DNA of 64,000 nt from Eledone cirrhosa. Its lineage: Eukaryota. The stretch is from positions 310,620,001-310,684,000 of the forward strand of contig OZ024742.1 of NCBI GenBank assembly GCA_964016885.1, written 5' to 3'. A program made the position numbers and the translations under genes. Shown here piece by piece: positions 1 to 13,360 of this stretch (positions within the stretch are counted from its first letter, which is position 1; the number at the start of each line of letters is the position of its first letter). The notes beneath the pieces were generated by a model. It worked only from the letters and a program-made list of their open reading frames with translations, was not told the DNA's origin and made no database searches.

Positions 1-394
1 TGCTGAATAATTTGTCTTGTGGTAGATTTGAAATGTAATTTATCACTTTGTGCTTCTTCTTTCGCTAATTCATCTGTTTTTCTGCCCACTCTTATATCGG
101 TATAGTCAGTAACCTAATGATTGTTACGCATTTATTACATTCTGATATAGATAGTTAGCTATTTTTAAACACTCTCATATTTTTTTATCCTGACCGCTTT
201 TTCTTAATAGGTTCAATAAACTATCTGTGAATAGCATTGTTTAACTGACTCTGTGAATTATCTCCTTCCCCCCCACTCAGCATCAAATATTACGAAATCC
301 TGATGTAATAATGTAATATGAATTTCATATTTGAATTGTATGTCTGGTCACATAACTTCTGATGGATCGTAGGGGCATCACATTGACATTCGGC

Positions 395-660
395 GTTTTG
401 GGGGCATTTTAAGCCTAGCGGAACCCATCTCCTCTCCTGGTCTGACTACAGTATATTACTTCCAGAGAAGGATAGAGAATAAAAAAGAGAAAGTGAGAAA
501 AAGATATAGAGAAATAATCGATCCCGGTAATTGACTGGTTATATTTTTATCGACCTCGAAATGATGAAAAGCAAAGTTGACCTCTGAGAGAAGAGAGACG
601 AAATGAATACCGCAAATCATTCTATCCGATATTCTAACGACTCTGCTACTTCGCCACCTT
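395..660 (-). mobile_element. Old SINE-1 subfamily copy with long 3' extension
   Basis: Contains tttatcgacctcg...atgaaaagcaaagttgacctc (reverse of SINE-1 core); flanking segment similar to 63575-63800 and 55530-55753. Confidence 0.6.
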
Positions 661-1308
661 AATCCATAATGTGTATGTACATATAATTAAGTCTCATTAT
701 AAAAAGTATAGTGTCTTTGTTATATTGTTATTTTGAAAAGACCAAGTAGCTCCATACTCTTCCCATTGTCTGAATTAGACCCTTCTGTATAACCGACTCA
801 TTTGTTAAAAAATGTTACTGTAATTACTCTTTTGATTTTTTAAATATTATTTTGAAGGATTTTAATTGCTCCATCCATGGATGTTATCCGATATCATGCT
901 GCTTTCTTTCCTGTGTAAACGAGCAACTCTATTAACAAGTGAGTAGAGATTAATTCTGCTTCATGAAAAATAGCTATTTTGGAAGTAGTTCATTAACAAT
1001 TCAATAAAGTTTTCCGTATTTGAAAACGAAATCTTTTTATAGCTTGAAGGTAGTTAATGTGAGTATCTCTCCATACCCTCCATACAAAATCTGAGATTTG
1101 ATAACTCAATTATTGTATAATCTCAAAGGTTTATATGTTAGGCAGTGGTATTTCTTTGAAATAACTTTAATGGCCATGTTGAGGTCATTTTTTAAAATGA
1201 ATATTTTAGATGAGTCTCACATTTCAAATCAAATTATAACCAAATACCGAGGAACTTTATGCCTTTTTTTACGTTAATAGTTATTTCATTCATTATATGT
1301 ATAACCAC

Positions 1309-1495
1309 GGTGGATTGGCAATCTCGGTAGAGGGTCAGACGCCATGCTGTTCAGCATAGAGTTACAGCCCTTTACGGTCTGAGTTCGAATCCAGCCGAGG
1401 TTAATTTTGCCTTTCATCCTTACGGGGTCGATAAAATAAAGTACCAGTAATACACTGGGATAACTGCTGGCCTTGTGCCAGAAGTAGAAACAATT
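1309..1495 (+). mobile_element. SINE-1 (tRNA-derived head, central cctttcatccttacggggtcgataaaataaagtaccag domain)
   Basis: A-box-like TGGCAATCTCGG, B-box GAGTTCGAATCC; TSD tataaccac (1300-1308 / 1499-1507); about 25 copies in window. Confidence 0.9.
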
Positions 1496-2722
1496 ATATA
1501 TAACCACATTTATAGTTGAAAGGTTCTGGGTCGTATTAATGAATCAACTGTGTTTTTTAGAGATCTAATATCAACCATTCTCGTTTGTCGATATAACTAC
1601 ACTTGATAGAGCTGTGCATATATTAATTTTATTGTTCTTCGCTGTACTTGTTGAAGTATACAAGATGATATCATCGGCAAAAATACGTTCACAATTTCAC
1701 TTAAATTTAAATACTTCTGTTTTTTAAAATAGAAGAAAAAATGGATGAAACTGGATACCCTGTGGAGGAATCTGTAGAAGATATATAATTTTGTTATTAT
1801 CAAGAATCAGTCTTGTATTATGATTGGTGAGAAAGCTAGCTACAGAGACAAAGATAGTTGGGAAATCCATGATATAATGTTTTAACGGTGCAATTATGTT
1901 ATTTTTGTAATTATTGTATTATTAATGTAACTATTACTTTCTATATCATTCCGGTAGTAAGTGTTCATTGTGTTTACATATACAATGACAATACATTTAA
2001 TTGAATTTAAAAGCACATGCAAAATATCTTTCTTTACGACATGTTATGAGTTAAAAACCATTAATCTGGATATCTAAATATGGAATGTTACGCGATGTGC
2101 CACCCCCCCCCCCCCCCCACAACAGCCCCAGGATGGAGAAGGCGTTCCCACTAAGGACGGCAAGGGAGACACGCTGGAAAAGCCACTCCAACTCGCGGGG
2201 TTCACACCTGCGGCTGGCCAGCTCAGCGCCTATGGTGGTGAGTAGGGAGGTAGCCAGAAGTCTCCACTGCCAGGGGTACAACCGCAATATCAAGGGAGAT
2301 CAAACCGGAAGATTCTCTTATTAGTTTTGAATTCCTCGTATATGTGGTTATTACATGTACTTGATTCTTAGTATTTTTTATTCCCTCCAGATCCAAACGG
2401 AGATTTAGATAAAAAGTGTTTAATTTACCCTAAATATGATAATCTACTACCTATATTTTTTTCTAGCATTTTAGATAGATTATTTAGTAGAGTTGCAGGA
2501 CGATATGATGTTTGTTGCATGTATTTAGTTTGGGTATTATTAACGTAATAGTAAAATTCCATATATTAATTATACAAAAATTTAGTACTATTTCTATATT
2601 ATACTCCATGTTTCATTGAGGATTTTATTAGATATTCTACATGGGCCTGTGTCCGTTTTCTCATTTAACTGCGCAGAATCCATCCAGCTTAATAATATTT
2701 TCATTTTCACTACAACCGTTCA

Positions 2723-2762
2723 TGGGTTGAAAATCCTATTTTAGGTGAAACACGTGTCCTCG
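2723..2762 (+). ncRNA. Type I hammerhead ribozyme motif, U3-A8 variant
   Basis: tggg-TTGAAAA-tcctattttaggt-GAAA-cacgtg-TC-ctcg; palindromic stem III ACACGTGT; GUC site. Confidence 0.6.
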
Positions 2763-3000
2763 AGTATGGTTTAGTAATTGTTAGGGAATTAACTCTATAC
2801 CAACATTAGATATATACATACTGATGTTTGCCTACTGTATATTAATTATATATATATATGTGTCTGTGTGTATATATATATACATACATAGATATATGCA
2901 TAGATACATATATACGCAGACACACACGTGCACTCACTCACACACACAGATATATATATATATATATTTATATCAATGTATATATTCATACATTTATATT

Positions 3001-3044
<44 letters not shown>

Positions 3045-3045
<1 letters not shown>

Positions 3046-3232
3046 CGAAGGAAATGTGGTAAGGAACCAGGTGGACCATAACGCACCAAAGTACTCAATA
3101 CTTGGGGTAGTAGAGTGGGTAATAGGAACCAGTAAGACCCCGACGGCTGAGCTCAAGCCGTTTCGACGGCTAATTCTGTCCAGAATTAGCCGTCGAAACG
3201 GCTTGAGCTCAGCCGTCGGGGTCTTACTGGTT

Positions 3233-3237
<5 letters not shown>
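3045..3237 (-). mobile_element. Family A PLE-terminus hairpin element in (TA)n
   Basis: Perfect 57-bp arms 3122-3178 / 3181-3237 plus 77-nt unique tail; near-identical inverted copy at 57218-57411. Confidence 0.85.
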
Positions 3238-3283
<46 letters not shown>

Positions 3284-4266
3284 TTAGCAAGAATCGCATT
3301 TCGGCGAGTAGAAATTAGCGAAACGCAACTTCCGATTTGTGTTGGCAAGCGCTCCATGGACAAGAAGATACCAGAGCAATAAACATAATTTATAAAGGTC
3401 ATACAAACTGAGACGGTGGTTAAGAAGCTATTAACCGCCTAAACCAAAAAAAAAAACGATCAAGCTAAGCGGTTCGAACAAAATATGATATGATTGAAAT
3501 AGTTACTCGACCCCGTGAAATGATGTTAAAATCTAATACAGGGTTTCTGCGACACCTAAATCAATAATACTGTCTGCTTTAAAAAAATAAGCTTTTGGTG
3601 TAATGATCGAACAAGGATATAACGTTCTCAACAGGCATTTTGTTCTGCGCCAGGATTAGAATCTCACAGTGTTTTGAAAGCACATGTGAACTCTAAAGGG
3701 GAGAAAACCCCAAGTTTTGGCAAATGAATTATGTATCTGTAGTCAATGCAAACATTGCAAAAATAGCACAAAACGAATTAAGCTCTCGGCCGAGTAGTTT
3801 TTATATATATATATATTGAAAGAGTGAAGAATAACATGGTTAACAGTAAAAAATAAAAGCGTTTTATTTACAGTATTAACAATTGCTTCATGGATTAAGT
3901 TGTCTAAAAATTGCTGAACATTTCAAGCTGTGCCATTCAAGAGAACTCACAAACTCGTCACCTACGGAAACCTCTCGTTGAGTCAAACAACGCCGTACGC
4001 TAAAACTATCCGCAATACTGAGTATTCACAACCTCTAACTGGATTACCTATAACGATATTTTGTTATCCCTTATATATATATATATCGCTTTACGCGATT
4101 CACTTGTCCCAATAGCTTATTTTAGTTATTGCTCGCACCAGCCTGAGGTATCTGATTTTTAATGCGATGAAATACCAATGATGGTTGGCAAATCACTGAT
4201 GAGGGACTAATTTTATAATATGTAACCCATGTGCAACCACGCAGTATTCCCCTTTCTTCCCATGTT

Positions 4267-4303
<37 letters not shown>

Positions 4304-4975
4304 TCTGTGTGTGCGTATACTTGTGTGTCAGCTTGAGCATGTGTATTTATTTGCTTATATATATATGTGTGAACATGTCACCGTATATGTGTTTATTTTG
4401 GCAAGAGTATCTGTTTTAGTAAAAATAATTTTGTATCTTTGCATTTATAAGTGTTTATGTGCTTAAAACGTACTAGTGAATGGTTCTCATTCCAAAGAGT
4501 GGTACTTTATATGTAAGTATATTGCGATAGTTTTAGATGCGCTAACATATAAACATTCATCACATAGACACAAAAAGATGCAAGTCAGACTGACACACGC
4601 TTATACCACAATACATACGCCACAACTCGAAACCACTCGGAGCCCTATATAGAACAGTGTGTGCGTGCATGTGTGTGTGTGTGTGTGTGCATGTGTGTGT
4701 GTGTGCATGTATGTGTGTGAGAGAGAGGGAGAGAGAGAGAGAGTGTGTGTGTGTGTGTAATTGTAATATACTTCAGCTTTGTCTCGGTTTCCGTGAGAAA
4801 TACATATTGTTTTATATTTAGTTTTATACCTAGGAAACACGTGTCTCTACTCTCTATAACTAACCTTCTTTAGTTCGGTTGAGTTCATCTATTTTTTTAT
4901 TCATTTCGTATCCGATTGAGGACTTTAGCTATTTCAAACAGCCTCGGTAAGACAACATTTCGTCAACACTCACAA

Positions 4976-5091
<116 letters not shown>

Positions 5092-5260
5092 GTGTGTGTG
5101 TGTGTGTGTAGAAGGTGAGTAATATTGTAGAACAATAAAACTATGCATATATAAGATAAGTAGCACTCAACAGTTGGTAGAACGGGAGTATATATAAAGA
5201 TATGTTGACTGGACACTTCCTTGTTCACAGGTGTTTTTAGGCCTCATATCATGTTACCTT

Positions 5261-5325
5261 ATTTTATCTGATGAGAACACAAATTTTGTCCCAGGATGAT
5301 GTTTTCGAAATGCGCATAATTAAAT
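5261..5325 (+). ncRNA. Type I minimal hammerhead ribozyme motif
   Basis: attttat-CTGATGA-gaacac...gttttc-GAAA-tgcgca-TA-attaaat; palindromic stem III. Confidence 0.7.
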
Positions 5326-5532
5326 ATACGGAACTTTTTAAACCATCTTTTAATTTCTTCTTTATATATATATTATATATACATACAATATAGAGAGCAA
5401 AATCACAGGAGAGTGAGCCCTCGTTTACCCGATTTATATATATTGTATTTTGAAGTGCCCAGGAAAACTCTTTCCTTTGAGCTCATTAAATTACAGGATT
5501 ATACGCGAGTCCTTTACTCCGTTATTTTACTC

Positions 5533-5574
<42 letters not shown>

Positions 5575-5712
5575 GTGGAAAGAGATATAAGGCTAAACAA
5601 TGCAAAATTGACTGTAAGATAAGGTACCGAAAAAGTAAGTTACCTGGTAATCTTTGTTGTTGTTTTTTTGTTGCAGTTATTTCTTCCGTCCTAATATTTC
5701 GGGACTTAGAAT

Positions 5713-5916
<204 letters not shown>

Positions 5917-6651
5917 TTACCACACCAAAATGAGGTTGATCTCACCTTTCGTTTTGTAAACATATTAATCAGGTTAGGGTATGTAACCAATTTAGAACCA
6001 GATGTAGTGTTGATGCGAATATCTCATCGAAGCAAAGTGAAATCGAGTTTTGTGGATAGCTGATATCCTATTACATGTCGTTAAGTATTCAAAACTACAG
6101 AGCTATATGTTAAATAAGGAAATATCTAGAAAACACAAAGTGACTTTGTTAATTGATCCATCGTTTTACGGTAGTTTCAAAGACCAGAAATATTGATGCT
6201 CTGAATAATCTATGGTAGTTAGGTAACTTCATACCATCAGCCTTGAAAAGGTACATTCCTTCTGCTGTCTATCCTCAGAAGCAAAAGCAATATATATATA
6301 CTTTTTAGCCCCCTTTTTAATCTTCTGTGTCTTTTCTTCCTTTATCTCTTCGTCTTTGCTTGCATCACTACCCCGTCAAGCTTTTCCTTCACCGACATGG
6401 CTGTTGTCTACATTCGAACAAAATGTATTCACTCAACGAAAAGCCTCTTTGGTAATGTCATTTGAAAGTGAAACAGCCACCCTATATAGGACGTTGTTCA
6501 GATCTCAGTACTGTTGTTATCCAACATGTTCAGATTTTTCTTCTAAATGTCTTCTACAAATCTTCTATGCTTTCTTCTAGTCACCTCCTCCTTGTTCAGC
6601 AGATGGTTTCCTCATAGAAATAACACGATGTTCTCTCACTCTCTCTCTCCT

Positions 6652-6682
<31 letters not shown>

Positions 6683-6719
6683 GTGTGTGTGTATGCATGT
6701 GTTTGGGTGTTTAATCATC

Positions 6720-6978
<259 letters not shown>

Positions 6979-7379
6979 TTGCACAAATTAATGATAATAC
7001 TAAATTTGTAAAATGTAATGAGGCAAAAAAAATATAAAATATAAAAACTCTCAAAAGAACGGTAACACCAAAAAGAGAAAGGAACATTTCTTTTTCTTTT
7101 CTGTTTTCAAGACATATATTATATCAGCTTTTCATGTAAGAAACTACCAAGGGACATCTTGGTACAGACAGGCGAAACTTACAATTACAATAACCGAACA
7201 CTAAAACAAACCACACCAACCACAACAACAACATCAACGACAACAACAACAATAGCAACAACAACGATGACGACAAAAACAACAAATACTACTACAATAG
7301 TAACAATAACAACAGCAACAATAACAATTAAAATAATAAGAAGAATAATGATTATGATATTTAAATATGAATATCAAAA

Positions 7380-7740
7380 TAATTGTTTCTACTTTTGGCA
7401 CAAGGCCAGCAATTACCCCAGTGCATTACTGGTACTTTATTTTATCGACCCTGTAAGGGTGAAAGGTAAAGTTAACCTCTGACCGTAACTCTATGCTGCA
7501 AAGCATAGTCTCTGGCGTTCTACCGATTCTGCCAATTCACCGCCCTTAAAATAATTGTTTCTACTTTAGGCACAAGGCCAGCAATTACCCAGTGCATTAC
7601 TGGTACTTTATTTTATCGACCCCGTAAGGATGAAAGGCAAAGTCAACCTCGGCGGGATTTGAACTTAGATCGTAAAGGGACGTAACTATGCTGGAAAGCA
7701 TGGCGTCCGACCCTCTACCGATACTGCCAATTCACCGCCC
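7380..7740 (-). mobile_element. Two tandem SINE-1 copies (first internally deleted)
   Basis: Reverse complement of SINE-1 at 7380-7545 and 7550-7740. Confidence 0.9.
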
Positions 7741-8021
7741 TTAATTAAAATATTAAAATAATAATAATAATACATACATCAACAAATGCAAAAATAAACA
7801 AAACACATCAACATCGGGAATAAAACAAGAGACAAATTGTTTAACAGACTATTTTTTGTCAGTGTTATATCTCCCTGAGTTCACTTAGCAATCTATTGTT
7901 ACTGGCATAGGCTTCTTTATTACACACGATACAAGAAAATGATGACATCCGTTTAAAATCAAAACATACCATTAATAATGTCTATATTTTGTGACACCCG
8001 TGGAAATTCAAGTCTTTATAA

Positions 8022-8248
8022 TATATGACACGTAACGAGTGAGGTGGAGCTCGCCAAATCGGACCGAGGCAACAATTTTTTCATTGGTCTTTCCAAGTTC
8101 TAATACTATCTGTCGGTCACAAATCCACGCAAAAGGAGCAATGTGAAATAAAAAATCTTGCTCAAGGACATAACGCATCGCCCAGTCTGGGAATCGCAAC
8201 ATCACGATTGCGAATCCTATTCTCTAACCACTCGACCACACTCCGTCG
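8022..8248 (-). mobile_element. SINE-2 (tRNA head plus CORE-like tgtccttgagcaaga domain)
   Basis: 13-bp TSD caagtctttataa (8009-8021 / 8249-8261); homologues at 14362-14580 and 51103-51320. Confidence 0.85.
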
Positions 8249-8745
8249 CAAGTCTTTATAAATAATTATATAATTATTGTGATCCATGAATGCATATATT
8301 TTTGAATATATATCTTCATAGCATTGTTTCCTTGTCTTAAAGATGTTTTAATGATAATGAGCTAGGCAAAGAACGAATTGAAGTTATCGTTACGAACTTA
8401 GGATCTTAATTTAGCTTATAGTGTTAGTAACCATATAATATATTCTGTTTCTCTTGAGCTGCAAGTGGAATCACTAGTGCATTTTATTGTTCAAATCGCT
8501 TCTGAGTTTGGTTGCTTCTTACAGAGAGTAAGCAGGGCCATTCAACCTAGATATATTCATATTTTTGGAAAAGATCTGTGAAAGGCACAAAAGCTACCTC
8601 TCTATTGCATAATCATCTTATTTCAAACAATAGTTTGTCATTCTTTAACATGTATAACATGTATTTGGGAAATATAACGGTAATACCACGTTGTGTCAGG
8701 ATGAGAAATAGATTCCTGTTGGTGGCGCATTTCTTGGAGGAAATA

Positions 8746-8916
8746 TAATTGTTTCTACTTTTGGCACAAGGCCAGCAGTTATCCCAGTGCATTACTGGTA
8801 CTTTATTTTATCGACCCCGGAAGGATGAAAGGTAAAGTTAACCTCGATGGGATTTGAACTCAGACCGTAAAGGACCGTAACTCTATGCTGCAAAGCTCTA
8901 CCATACTGCCAATCCA
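8746..8916 (-). mobile_element. SINE-1 copy
   Basis: Reverse complement of SINE-1 consensus. Confidence 0.9.
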
Positions 8917-9510
8917 CGAACTATGTGTATTATATGTATACATATAATTGTGAGTCTATATTTTATGTACCTTATTTTCACTGAGAAATACAGCACCTAT
9001 CTCATATTTTGCAGAACAATTGGACCACCGGATATCAAAGCCTCGTCTTAAGTTCATTTCATATTCACTGGGAATTGTACATTTATTCTGATCAAACACA
9101 CCTCTTCTGGCAACTCAACCATATGGATTTTGAAAAATCATAATTACTTGTACTGTGTTCATCACATTAGGCAAACATTGTAAATGTTGATGATTTTCTA
9201 TGCAGTATTGTGAAGCGTCATTAGCCTCAAAAATATAAGGTTGACTATATGATGGGTGATCATTTTTCTGCAGAGAATAATTAGAATGGTATGTCTGTCC
9301 TTAAATTCTAAATCAGTCAGGTCTTTTTTATCTTCAGTTATAGTAGTGTTTGCATCATAGTGCCAAAAGAAATTGTACAATTTTAAGTTCGAATAATTTT
9401 CACCAAAATTATTAGCTGCTTCATTATTTTTGCCAAAAAAAAAATGAAAGTCATTAGGATAACGCGGAATGAAAGTAAGTCAAAATATACCATGAGGAAA
9501 CAGTTTAGAG

Positions 9511-9693
9511 CATTGGTTCCGAAAGTGGGTTCCACGGAACCTAAGTGTTCTGCAAAAGTGTCTGGGGTTCCGTGAAAAAAGGTAGAGGAGTATATTTATA
9601 TTACAACCATATAACAGTATTAGATTATGGAGTTCCCCCAAAGGTTTCTGAACCAAAAAGGGTTCCGCATTTGAAAAGGTTTGGGAAACCCTG
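9511..9693. mobile_element. hAT (Charlie/Buster-like) MITE
   Basis: Imperfect TIRs cattggttccgaaa / tttgggaaaccctg; 8-bp TSD gtttagag with central TA (9503-9510 / 9694-9701). Confidence 0.8.
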
Positions 9694-11230
9694 GTTTAGA
9701 GGGTCGTTTCTGATTCTCAGAGCGTCCACGTGAGGATAAGATATTCATTTCTTCAATGTTTAATTGTTCAGAAACAACTTGTTCAACAAATGTTATATAG
9801 CAGGAAAACCATATCGTCTTTAACGTTGTCTTCTTAGTATTTTTTGCAAATCTACAGTTATTCCTTCATATTTTCCCTTTTCTCTCGATTCTTTTCTCGA
9901 AAATTTATTTATATTCTGTCCGCTTTTCTTCGATCATCTTTATATTCTTGAACTTTTATTGTGTTTTAAAGGCAAATGAATTTTGAGCCACTAATATGCG
10001 ATGCTAGTCATTTTGGTAGGACTAGTGTAGCGAAAATCATTAATTTTAAATCATCGCTGCGATAGTAATTATCAAAGCATATGGCAATATCAGTTATAAG
10101 GGACACTAATGAAAGAATATCTATGCAATTTCCCAGCTAGCTACAAGTAGCAGACAAAACTGCATCAAATCCCAACCTGCAATCTTAAAAAAAAGAAAGC
10201 ACATTGGATAATGTAGACATAGACTAACTAAAAAAAAAATAGAATAGCTCTCAGCTGCAATGTAAAGCATAACCAACTGAGTTACAAGTGCAAGATATAG
10301 TATAAAATATGAAGTCAGCTACGAGTTAAGGAATGTGCCTCTACACAGTTTCTCAACTTTCTTTTCAAAGAGTAGCCTGTAAATCACAACCTACCATCTT
10401 AAATAGTTAAGAATACATTGAATAGTGTAATCCCTGATACACATACATACGAGAGGATAAAAGTTGGAGCACCTTTGATCATACATAGATTTGCTCGATC
10501 AAGGCTGATCTGATACTAATCAACAGACAAGAAATATTGGGATTTAATCAGAACATTTTACCTGTTAAGCGTTCCTTCACGAAAAGCGTAAACAGATAGT
10601 ATTTCGATAAAAAATATATTCTATAGCAATAATAGTAAAATATCATTCAATTTGTAGTTTCCATTGTTTGATTCACGATGGAAAATTCGCCTTGACCTTT
10701 TTAGGAATCAGCACATATTTATTTATGAAGCAATCCTATTTGCCTGCCATACATATGGGTTCAATTTTCAGCTACGCGTCCGTTGTTTCAGATATATAGA
10801 GCAGCGGATATTTCGCGGGTAAAACTGTTATATTAGAATGTATTTTTTTTAAATGTACTAATCAATATAATAATCAATATGATATTGTTAGCTATCAACG
10901 CCTACAATAGAAAAACCCTATTTGGACACTGTATATTACCAAAATATATTGTACAACATATATAATGATAAGGACTGCGAGGATATTCAAGTGGATAGAG
11001 TAGAAACGCCAGCTGAGAAGTTGACCGATTTTAACTTTCATCGGGATTACATTTAGATTATATTCAGGACATTTAATTGGTAAATGGAATAGTTCACGTT
11101 GATATAAATGCATACCATAGGTAAGATCAATTTGAGCCTGCATATAGGACACATAACTCCTAAATGATTCTCATAAATGTGGTCCGTACATCTACTCCAT
11201 ACATTGTTTAGCTCATCTATTTGGAAATAC

Positions 11231-11423
11231 CAGATCTGTCAACTCTCCCCCTCCAACGAGGAGATCTCCCACCCACTTTGAGGTGGGTGAGAGATGTCTA
11301 CTTTTGTGAAAATGGGTATAGCTTTCATTATGTAAAATCTCCCCATTTTGCCTCATTTCTCCCCATTTTGGGCACTTTTTTCATAGTACTCCCCATTTGG
11401 GCTTTTAGAGGTTGGCATGTCTG
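11231..11423 (+). mobile_element. MITE with CAGA..TG(T/C)CAAC TIRs and 6-bp TSD
   Basis: TIR cagatctgtcaac / gttggcatgtctg; TSD aaatac; three more copies in window. Confidence 0.8.
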
Positions 11424-12179
11424 AAATACGTACTACAGGGTAGTTACAACATGTGTCTGTTCTCAGGTTACCTAACTCACAGTTAAAAATATTAACTTAG
11501 CTATATATAGGTACGAGTGGTAGGAAGAATATACGTCTGAGACCAAGATACATAAATAAAAATGAACCTGTCCACTTACCAATAAATAGAAACCGTAGGG
11601 TATCAAACATTAATATATAAATTAGGATACTTAAATCCCAAGTGCAGAAACTACTCCACTGTTCTAAGCACCAGCAATACTAGAACAGTGATAAGTAGTT
11701 TGTTCAACTTGCACTACTTAATTGAACCGTTCCCATGTGAATAGCGCAATCGAGGAAAATATTCCATGAGTCCTACCCTAGAATTCCTACATGAACACAA
11801 ATTGTTCACGGGGTCTCAGCAAACTATAATTTTTAACGAAGAAGCTTCCCTTGCTAGAAACAGTTGGCATATCTCCATGAAATCTCACAGGAAGAACGTG
11901 TTGGAAAATGTTGTCCTCGATATGGAAAAAAAGCCATGACGGTTATAGCCAAAGCCTTTTTGTCAAGGATATAGAAAATACCATGACAGTTAAAGTCGGA
12001 ACGTTTTGTCTTAAACAGAAAAAAACCATGTTGATTATATTCGGAACCACTTTGAACGTAAATCTGCTCCATTAGAGTTTACCTAGGACCAAGATGCAAC
12101 AAAAACAACAGCAAGTTTATTGTGATTGTTGTGGTGCTAATAATAATCATCATATAGAAAGAGGTTATAAATTTCTGAG

Positions 12180-12840
12180 GACTGAAAACGTAATTTGGGG
12201 TGTGTTTATTTTACGCAAACTTCCCAATCAACACAGTTCTCGATTAAGGGTCACGCATCGGTTGCGTCGACGTCCATTCTTGGGTCAGTGTTCATGAGTG
12301 ATGGAAAACAGGATGCTGAATTAAGTGCAATAATTACAGGAGCTGATAAATTAATGCATCAGCTTCGGCATTCGGTCATCAGAATAGAATAAGGGAGGTA
12401 GGTGTAAAAGCCAAACTCGTAATCTTCAGTTCGGTATTCGTGCCAACCCTTACCTATAGTCATGAATCTTGGGTAATGACCAAAAGAATAAAATCGCCAA
12501 TACAAGCGACCTAAATAGGGATCCTCCGGAGAGCCTATGGAGTAACGTTACTCGATAAAGTGAGTAATTCAGAGATCAGAGTGTCGCTCTTCGAATTGAG
12601 AGACCACAGCTCTGATACTACGGACATGTGGTTAGAATGTCTCAGGAAAGAATCGCTGGACAGATTTTACAGGCAAAAGCAAAAGGTAGGAGACCCAGGG
12701 GTAGACTCCGAGCCAGGCGGTTGAATGATATCCATGAGGTCGGCTGGTCACGCTTGGGGAACCAGCCGAATCAATTGAAGACGGTTGTTTCTGACAGGAC
12801 CTGCAAGAAGGCATGCTTGCGTACCTCACCACTTTTCCCC
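12180..12840 (+). mobile_element. Degraded RTE-clade LINE 3' fragment
   Basis: Remnants of YLGSVF, PTLTY-HESW, GHVVRM and GRRPRGR motifs typical of the RTE C-terminus. Confidence 0.7.
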
Positions 12841-12956
12841 CACTACCCTCCCTGGAATTTGTGAGCAAAGAATTCTAATTTTAAAAGCCATTCTTAGCTA
12901 CAATGGGATATTTAAGTATTGCTACATGTTATTATTATTTATACATTTATACAAGG

Positions 12957-13360
12957 AATGGCAGTATCAGTAGAGCGTCAGACACCATGCTTTGCAGCAT
13001 AGTGTTATGGGCCTTTATGTTCTGAGTTCAAATCCCACCAACGTTAACTTTTCCTTTCATCCTTACGGCGTCGATAAAATAAAGCACCAGTAATGCACTG
13101 GGGTAATTGCTGAAAGAAGAAGTTAATAAATTGCCGACTACTACAACTTTACTACTACTATTAATAACAATAATAATTCTATCTAATTTTAGCACAAGGC
13201 CAGCAATTAATCAGTACATTACTGGTACTTTATTTTATCGACCCCGTAAGGATGAAAGGCAAATTTAACCTCGGCGGGGTTTGAACTCAGATCATAAAGG
13301 GCTGTAACTCTTTTCTGCAAAGCATGGCGTCCGACCCTTTACCGATACTGCCAATCCACC
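12957..13360. mobile_element. Two SINE-1 copies, tail to tail (12957-13112 +, 13172-13360 -)
   Basis: Similarity to SINE-1. Confidence 0.85.

Larger units (their letters stand above)
700..2810 (+). mobile_element. Highly degraded Penelope-like retroelement remnant
   Basis: Decayed RT-like motifs read by eye (about 875 MG-PIS-like; about 978 FWK*FINN resembling FWKRFIDD); ends in a hammerhead at 2723-2762 whose tail resembles that at 50281-50310. Confidence 0.35.

Noticed and set aside
1309-1400. tRNA-like A/B boxes here and at many other sites
   Set aside because: They are SINE heads followed by a shared core and tail, not complete cloverleaf tRNA genes.
2085-2324. GC-richer ORF with poly-Pro
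   Set aside because: Poly-Pro comes from a C homopolymer; no recognisable domain or splice context.
3122-3237. Palindromes as pre-miRNAs or classical MITEs
   Set aside because: One-sided unique tails, variable fold centres among copies and links to PLE hammerheads argue against TIR elements; miRNA status cannot be judged without small RNA data.
4190-4235. CTGATGA hammerhead starts (also 34630-34650 minus, 49027-49053, 31583-31616)
   Set aside because: The GAAA half is missing or the core is mutated; counted only as decayed remnants.
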